From contig JAWODC010000090.1 in assembly GCA_046483495.1 (NCBI GenBank), forward strand, positions 32,001 through 96,000: DNA of 64,000 bases. Direction: 5' to 3'. The notes beneath the pieces were generated by a model. The model had not been told where the DNA came from. It searched no databases and saw nothing but the letters and a program-made list of their open reading frames with translations. Below are positions 58,074 to 64,000 of this stretch, piece after piece (within the stretch, counting starts at the first letter, position 1; each line of letters starts with the position of its first letter). This DNA is from Desulfobacterales bacterium (lineage in GTDB: Bacteria > Desulfobacterota > Desulfobacteria > Desulfobacterales > UBA5616). The position numbers were made by a program, and so were the translations under genes.

Positions 58074-59288
58074 TCAAATGACTCCTTTTTCCTTCAATTT
58101 CAAAAGGCGGTTTTCCGTCATTTTCAACCGACCCGTATAGATATCGCGGTTATGTTCACCCAAAAGCGGCGCGCGTCCCGTCTTTGCCGGTGTGCGTGAC
58201 ATGATAAACGGGGCGCCCGGCACGGTCAGCCGTCCGGCTTTCGGATGAAAGACGGTTTTCCAGAATCCTCTTTCCCGGTACTGGGGATCCGAAAGCAGAT
58301 CTTCCAGGGTGTTTACCCGGGCGGCCGGGACCCGCCATTCCATAAAGGCTTCAATGATGTCTTTACTGCTTCTCGATGCAAACCAGCCAAGCACCGTTTT
58401 ATCGAACGCATAGGCATTGGCCGCCCGTTTTCGGCTTGTATCGAATGCTGTATTCGAAGCAAGTTCCGGCATCTCCATTGCCAGGCACAACCGTTCGAAC
58501 TGATCATCGGTGACGGCACTGACGGCGACATACCCGTCCAGGCATGGATAGACAGTCACCGGGTGGGCCCACATATGGCGGTTGCCGGTTCGTTTCTGAA
58601 TGCTGCCGGAGTAGGCGTACCGGGAAAGCGTGTACTGGTGAATTCCCGCCATGCATTCCATGATGGAGACATCGACATAATCCCCCCGCCCGGTGGCACC
58701 CCGATTCATCAGTGCGGCGAGTATGCCGATGCAGGCCTGCAGTCCGCCCTGGTACGCCGGCTGCCGCCCTCCCCCGGCCAGGGGTTCTCGGTCCGGATCC
58801 CCTGTGACATACATGTATCCGCCAAGCGCGTAGCCGGCCAGACGCCCGCCCGTATAATCCCGGTAAACCCCGGTTTGTCCGAAGTCCGTGATGGAGGCCA
58901 TCACCAGCCCGGGATTCAACTTCTCGAGAATCGCATAACCCAGCCCTGATTGGTCCATGACGCCCGGACGATCATTTTCCACCAGGACATCGGCATGCTT
59001 TAAAAGCTCCAGTAGAATTTCTTTCCCCTCTCTGGTATGGAAATTCAGTGTAATGCTTTTCTTGCTTGTGTTCAGGTACTGAAAAACCGGGCTTCGCTCG
59101 GGATCTGCCGGCGTTTGCGGAGAAAAGCGGATATGCCGCGATCGGTCTCCCGTCCCCGGCGTTTCCACCTTGATCACCTCAGCTCCGAAAGCCGACATCA
59201 GTTTGGTGCAGTATGGGCCGGATAGGTACTCCGACAGGTCGATTACCGAAATGTGATCGAGTGCAGCAGCTGTATGTATGGTTGCCAT
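58074..59288 (-). CDS. Class III CoA-transferase, Asp-lacking subunit (BbsE-like)
   Basis: Motifs GPYCTKL..FGAEVIKVE and YLNTSKKS; RQPAY at the catalytic Asp position; APLLGEHN. Abuts the next gene. Confidence 0.88.
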   Translation of the reverse strand: MATIHTAAALDHISVIDLSEYLSGPYCTKLMSAFGAEVIKVETPGTGDRSRHIRFSPQTPADPERSPVFQYLNTSKKSITLNFHTREGKEILLELLKHADVLVENDRPGVMDQSGLGYAILEKLNPGLVMASITDFGQTGVYRDYTGGRLAGYALGGYMYVTGDPDREPLAGGGRQPAYQGGLQACIGILAALMNRGATGRGDYVDVSIMECMAGIHQYTLSRYAYSGSIQKRTGNRHMWAHPVTVYPCLDGYVAVSAVTDDQFERLCLAMEMPELASNTAFDTSRKRAANAYAFDKTVLGWFASRSSKDIIEAFMEWRVPAARVNTLEDLLSDPQYRERGFWKTVFHPKAGRLTVPGAPFIMSRTPAKTGRAPLLGEHNRDIYTGRLKMTENRLLKLKEKGVI

Positions 59289-59590
59289 CAGGTGTAAGCG
59301 CCATCCGCATGCCGAAGACATCGAGCCTCGATCAACGTATGGAAACGTAAGGGGCCCGCCGGTGGCCGATATCGTTTTTACGGTGAAGTGCACCGGTTTA
59401 TATTGAAGCGGATCGCGCTAAAAGGCGCCTTCCGCCCTATAACTCTATCATATACACGTTAAACTTCCCCATTTCGGCCGAAAAAGTCAAGGAATAAGGG
59501 AAAGGATGGACACTGCCTGCGAAATCCGCTAAATAGTGCAGGAGCCCTTTCACTATCGCGCTTCTCAACACACCTTAAAGGAGGTCCGCC

Positions 59591-60268
59591 ATGACTCGGA
59601 TACACCCTGTCAAACTCGGATTTGTAACATGCTACCTGCTGGAATCCGACAGCAGCTTTATTCTGGTGGATGCCGGATATCCCAAAAAAGAAGACCGCCT
59701 CTGGAAATTTTTGGACAGCCGCCAAATCGATCCGCGCCACATCAAGCTGATCATCATCACCCACGGGCATGTGGATCATGTCGGCAGCTTGAAGCCGATC
59801 AAGGAAAAAACCGGCGCCCCCGTATTGATTCATGAATCCGAGGCTCCGCTGCTGTCGTCCGGCCGAACGCCGGGGGTGGCAATCACGTTAAAGTGGCTGT
59901 CACGTTTCGTTAAAATGGAAAACGGTACAAGCGTAGCGCCGGTGGACCCGGACATCACCATTTCCGGGGAATATCCCCTGAACGATTACGGCATCACGGG
60001 GAAGGTCATCCCGACGCCGGGGCACACCGAAGGTTCACTCTCGGTCATTCTGGATGGGGAAAACGCCATTGTCGGGGATATCGCAATGAAATTCCCAATC
60101 CTCTCCCGCAAATCATATGAACCGATCGTGGCCCGGGATCTGAATCAGGTGTATCAAAGCTGGCAAACCTTGATCGATGAAGGCGTCCGGGTCATTTATC
60201 CGGCCCATGGAAAGCCCATCGGAATCGAGGTGCTTCAAGGTTTGATCGAAGCTAAGACTCGGCCTTGA
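59591..60268 (+). CDS. Metallo-beta-lactamase-fold hydrolase
   Basis: Motifs THGHVDHVG, TPGHTEGS, GD and YPAHG; RBS AAGGAGG. Confidence 0.9.
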   Translation: MTRIHPVKLGFVTCYLLESDSSFILVDAGYPKKEDRLWKFLDSRQIDPRHIKLIIITHGHVDHVGSLKPIKEKTGAPVLIHESEAPLLSSGRTPGVAITLKWLSRFVKMENGTSVAPVDPDITISGEYPLNDYGITGKVIPTPGHTEGSLSVILDGENAIVGDIAMKFPILSRKSYEPIVARDLNQVYQSWQTLIDEGVRVIYPAHGKPIGIEVLQGLIEAKTRP

Positions 60269-60378
60269 GGTTATACCGGTCCGGCACCGGGCCGCATCGG
60301 GAGCAAATCCCATTGTCACGACCGGGACTTGCAGGAATTCCGGGCTCATCGAGATTTGCCGACGGCATCGGCATGCCG

Positions 60379-61068
60379 TCAGCTTTTGATTTTCATGTAA
60401 TACGATTCCGAAAGATAGACAGCCGCCATGGGATTGTGGCCGGTGACACGGTCTTTGACCGCCAATACGGTTGACCAGGCATCGGCATATTTGAAGAAAA
60501 GGGAGTCATGCCCGACGCAAAGCCCCAACAGGATATTGAAATCGGTTTTTTCCGCATTCAGCACCTTGGCCTGGAAAATGGGATTGCACATCGTTTCGTC
60601 GATCCCGGGCATGACTTTCTCTTCATCTTTGATATGGATATCATCTTTTAATGTGCCGCCGGCCTTGCACATTACCGATACCACGTCAAACCCGTGATGG
60701 CGGAAAATGTCATCGACAATGGCCGCCTCCCGAATGAGGCCGGCGCAAAATGCCAGGCCCAGGCGGTGAAATCCCATTTTGTCGGCAAATTCATAAATTT
60801 CCATAATACGGGTTTTCGTCGGTTCCAGGACAAAGGGGTTCTCTTTGCGGTTGATGTAGCATTCGGCCTCCTGTATGGAAGCCTGACGGGCGAATTCCAG
60901 AATGTCGGGCTGCTTGTAGATTTCCGACGTCTCCGCCAAAACCTCTTTTCTCGAAACCGTCGGGCACCCCGGGGAGGCGCTCCCGTTCTTATTGACGCAG
61001 ATCCGGTTGAAAATTTCGTTTTTGCACACAGCGCACGAAGCGTGGCTTATCTTCTTTTCTTCTGTCAT
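60379..61068 (-). CDS. DUF1847 family Cys-rich putative metal-binding protein
   Basis: Motifs GLAFCAGL..E, SVMCKAG, MCNPI.QA, GLCVGHDSLF and KDRVTGHNP. Confidence 0.85.
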   Translation of the reverse strand: MTEEKKISHASCAVCKNEIFNRICVNKNGSASPGCPTVSRKEVLAETSEIYKQPDILEFARQASIQEAECYINRKENPFVLEPTKTRIMEIYEFADKMGFHRLGLAFCAGLIREAAIVDDIFRHHGFDVVSVMCKAGGTLKDDIHIKDEEKVMPGIDETMCNPIFQAKVLNAEKTDFNILLGLCVGHDSLFFKYADAWSTVLAVKDRVTGHNPMAAVYLSESYYMKIKS

Positions 61069-61196
61069 TTCAGCCTCCGATGTCGATTTATATCAGGTTC
61101 ACTTCACCTTAAAGCGGTTCTGCCGCAAAACCGCCTCACATGAATGTAGATGTACTATTGAAAATTATTTATTGCTGACCGGCTGCACGGCTGCAG

Positions 61197-63125
61197 TTAA
61201 TCCGCCAGCAATCCATCCTTTGCAAGCACCTCGGCGACATCTTCCATGTCCAGGCTGTTCAAGATCGAGGCCGTCTGGAGGGCGGTGGCGGTATCCCATC
61301 CCCGGAGCGCATAATATTCCCTTCGCATGTCCTCGTACTTGCTTTTGTCCAGGACGTTTCCCCGAAAAGAAACAGGCTCATCGCCCGGGCCGGGTACGAT
61401 CATTCTGGGATTGATGGAGGACATTTCCACCGGATCGGTAAAATTGTACTCCTGCGGATAGTCATCGACCAGCGGCTTCCATCCCTCGCGCAAAAGCACG
61501 GCACGCTGCAGATTGAATATCCGTTCACCGTATCGCAGCAGTTCCGCTTCATCCGTTTCGATTCCGGTAACAGCCGTGAAAATTTTACTTTCCAGTGACG
61601 GATCTCCCACATGATCCGGTGTGTTGAAAGAATCCATAATGGGCCAGGCCGCTTCGCACAGCAGCAGGCTGTCCTTGACCATGACGCGCTCCTGTATGAT
61701 TTTGGCGGCCAGGGCCTTTCCCTCGTAACTGGTTTGGTCCCACGCCTTGTCGCCGCCCTGGAAGCGGATCATCTGTGCCCTGAATACTTCCGAATTCGTA
61801 GGGGAGAGATCCGGTTTAATCAGGTGCAGAAGCCATCGTGCTATTGGATAGCTGATTTCATGGAGCTGGGCTATGGGTTGACGGCTTTCAAGCGCCCACA
61901 GCAGCGCCGTCCCGACGTATTCCCTCGGTGTATACCCGCCGTTTACGCCGACACCGCCCACCCGCTCTCCGAAAAGCGACTTTACCTCATCGCCGAGCGT
62001 TTCACCGGCCCTCAAAAGCCCTTCCGCCAGCAATGCACCGAAGCCTTCCTTTCTGACAATTATTTCCATCAAATCGTTGAAAAATTCGCGCGTTCCTATT
62101 TTCGAAAGTGGAAGACCGGTATCCCTGTCCGATAGATAACCCGCTTCACGGCAGTCCCGAAGCCACGCGATGATATTGCCCGCCTCCATGGTGCAAATGC
62201 CGTAATCATTGCACATAGCCGTGGCATCGAGTGCCGTATGAATGCTCCCATCCTCCTGCATCAATGCATCGGGAATGTAAAATACCAGGGACTGGCATTT
62301 CCGGACCTCTTCCCGTCCGTTCAGGGTCCGGTACAGTCCCCTGAAACAATCCAGACCGCACTGGTAGCAGGAAGCCGTCTTGATGTACTTGAGATGCTGC
62401 TTGGGGACAGGCATCCTCAGTGTGCCGCGCCGGCTTAAGTGGATGGTGTACCTATTAAGGGCCTTTAGTTCATCTTTTCGAAAAACGGCGGGGTTAACGG
62501 TGCCCGAAACCGCAACGGCTTTCATGTTTTTTGAACCCATTACCGCACCAAAGCCGCCCGTGGCCGCCCCCTCATGATCCGTGATCAGTGCCGCGGTGCG
62601 GCACATGCTTTCTCCGGCCGGACCGATGCACACCGATCGCGTATGCTTGCCGTGCATTTCCTTAAGCGCCTCGCGAACGGCATAGGTTCCCCTGCCCCAC
62701 AAAAATGCGGCATCCCGAATTTCGGCACCGCTTTCCGTTATCCAGAGATATACCGGACGCGGCGCCCGTCCGGAAATGACAATGCCGTCGAATCCCGCCC
62801 GTTTCAGCGCCGGACCGAAGAAACCGCCCATATTGCCGTAACAGAAACGTTCCGGCAGCGTCATGGGGGATTTGCCGACGGCTTCGAAACGGGATGCCCC
62901 CTGGGCGCCGGTGGCCGTCAGGGGTCCGTTCATCAGCATCAGGCAATTACCCGGATCGAACGCTTCGGTTTCCGGCTTCACCCGATCGAAATAGATTTTG
63001 GTGGCGATGCCGCGGCCGCCGAGAAATCGGTTTGCATACGACCGGGTATCGCGTTCGGATATCGTGCCATGGGTCAAATCTACGTCGAGAATTTTTCCGC
63101 ACCATCCATAAAGACGAGGTGCCAT
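61197..63125 (-). CDS. Aldehyde:ferredoxin oxidoreductase family W/Mo-bis-pterin enzyme (non-canonical)
   Basis: Motifs GKILDVDLT, LGGRG, IGPAGE and GAVMGSKNMKA; [4Fe-4S] ligands CYQCGLDC and DSLLLC; YYALRGWD. Confidence 0.9.
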   Translation of the reverse strand: MAPRLYGWCGKILDVDLTHGTISERDTRSYANRFLGGRGIATKIYFDRVKPETEAFDPGNCLMLMNGPLTATGAQGASRFEAVGKSPMTLPERFCYGNMGGFFGPALKRAGFDGIVISGRAPRPVYLWITESGAEIRDAAFLWGRGTYAVREALKEMHGKHTRSVCIGPAGESMCRTAALITDHEGAATGGFGAVMGSKNMKAVAVSGTVNPAVFRKDELKALNRYTIHLSRRGTLRMPVPKQHLKYIKTASCYQCGLDCFRGLYRTLNGREEVRKCQSLVFYIPDALMQEDGSIHTALDATAMCNDYGICTMEAGNIIAWLRDCREAGYLSDRDTGLPLSKIGTREFFNDLMEIIVRKEGFGALLAEGLLRAGETLGDEVKSLFGERVGGVGVNGGYTPREYVGTALLWALESRQPIAQLHEISYPIARWLLHLIKPDLSPTNSEVFRAQMIRFQGGDKAWDQTSYEGKALAAKIIQERVMVKDSLLLCEAAWPIMDSFNTPDHVGDPSLESKIFTAVTGIETDEAELLRYGERIFNLQRAVLLREGWKPLVDDYPQEYNFTDPVEMSSINPRMIVPGPGDEPVSFRGNVLDKSKYEDMRREYYALRGWDTATALQTASILNSLDMEDVAEVLAKDGLLAD

Positions 63126-63258
63126 TCTTCCCTCCTTTATTGTGGAAAATTGCCGCACAACAAGCCCCGGCGGCTGGGAACTTCAAAAGACGCATGCAGA
63201 AAGTCACACACGTGATACTTTAATAAAATGCAATAAAAATCAAGTGCTTTATTTTAAA

Positions 63259-63287
63259 TTGAGTCGTGCCGGCAATCGTGGTATAGC
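63259..63287 (+). promoter_or_regulatory. Putative sigma70 promoter of the enoyl-CoA hydratase gene
   Basis: TTGAGT-17 nt-TATAGC with extended -10 TG. Confidence 0.45.
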
Positions 63288-63326
63288 GGGTTAAAACACG
63301 TTTGAGTGAAAGGAGAACCCCGCATT

Positions 63327-64000
63327 ATGACCGACCCCGTTATTCTCGTGGAGAAAATAGATCGCGTTGCAACCGTCACTTTAAACCGCCCCGACGTCAT
63401 GAATGCCCTGTCATCGGAATTGCGGATCGCCATTGAAGACACCTTCGAGGATTTGAAAAACGACCGGAGCATCGGCGTCGTTATCCTTACCGGCGCAGGC
63501 CGCGCCTTCTGCGCAGGACTCGATTTAAAGGAGTTGTCGGCCGGAAAAGGCATGATCGGAGATGTCGCGAGCAAACGAGAATCCAAGGTAAACCTGGCGA
63601 CACCCTTAAAGCGGTTCGGCCGGCCCATTATCGGCGCGATCAACGGTGTGGCTGTCACAGGCGGTTTCGAACTGGCCCTGGCCTGCGATATTCTGATCGC
63701 CTCCACGGAGGCGCGATTCGCAGACACTCATGCACGGGTCGGCATCTTGCCGGGATCCGAGCTCAGCCAGAAATTATCGCGATTGATCGGGATTTACCGG
63801 GCCAAGGAAGTGTCGCTGACCGGTAATTTCATCGGTGCCCAACAGGCCGTGGAATGGGGTCTCGTCAACCGGGTGGTCCCCCCGGATCAGGTCTTGCCGG
63901 CCTGCCGTGCGCTTGCAAACGATATCTTGTCATGCCCCGACGATATGGTTGAAAAGTATAAGAAGCTCATCGACGACGGCTTTCACATGACCTTTGGAGA
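63327..64000 (+). CDS. Enoyl-CoA hydratase/crotonase family protein (truncated by right window edge)
   Basis: Read directly from the sequence: MTDPVILVEKIDRVATVTLNRPDVMNALS...LTGAGRAFCAGLDL...GAINGVAVTGGFELALACD...FADTHARVG; RBS AAGGAGA. Not in the ORF track because it has no stop in the window. Confidence 0.93.
   Translation, partial: MTDPVILVEKIDRVATVTLNRPDVMNALSSELRIAIEDTFEDLKNDRSIGVVILTGAGRAFCAGLDLKELSAGKGMIGDVASKRESKVNLATPLKRFGRPIIGAINGVAVTGGFELALACDILIASTEARFADTHARVGILPGSELSQKLSRLIGIYRAKEVSLTGNFIGAQQAVEWGLVNRVVPPDQVLPACRALANDILSCPDDMVEKYKKLIDDGFHMTFG

Noticed and set aside
1..64000. CRISPR array, tRNA/rRNA, transposase, prophage or selenoprotein read-through
   Set aside because: No repeat-spacer periodicity, cloverleaf, mobile-element ORF or in-frame TGA within a conserved domain was seen by eye.

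Overview
A 64-kb chromosomal window of moderate GC. Gene content and gene order (phoH-7TM/HD-ybeY-tsaE-lysC, cvpA-mazG, waaA, LpoA-like lipoprotein, class II fba) suggest an anaerobic Gram-negative deltaproteobacterium, probably Desulfobacterales-like; this is an inference. Housekeeping blocks alternate with many acyl-CoA catabolic genes: seven acyl-CoA dehydrogenases (including two heteromeric pairs), a 2-hydroxyacyl-CoA dehydratase pair, EtfAB, three class III CoA-transferase genes, a ThDP decarboxylase, an AOR-family enzyme and an enoyl-CoA hydratase. Three observations stand out. (1) A family of five ~146-148 bp palindromic elements with three unrelated sets of termini. They share fixed spacing, conserved internal-loop motifs and co-varying stems, and most are fused to stop codons. 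(2) A stand-alone CbbQ/NorQ-type AAA+ operon whose NorD/CbbO-like adaptor is split in two. One gene has strictly alternating 37/41-aa repeats and an intact HExxH; the other carries EDxRIE and the VWA domain. (3) An orphan BssE/BssF(TutH)-like AAA+/VWA pair with no glycyl-radical enzyme beside it. No rRNA, tRNA, CRISPR array or transposase gene was recognised. All family assignments come from motif recognition, not database searches.
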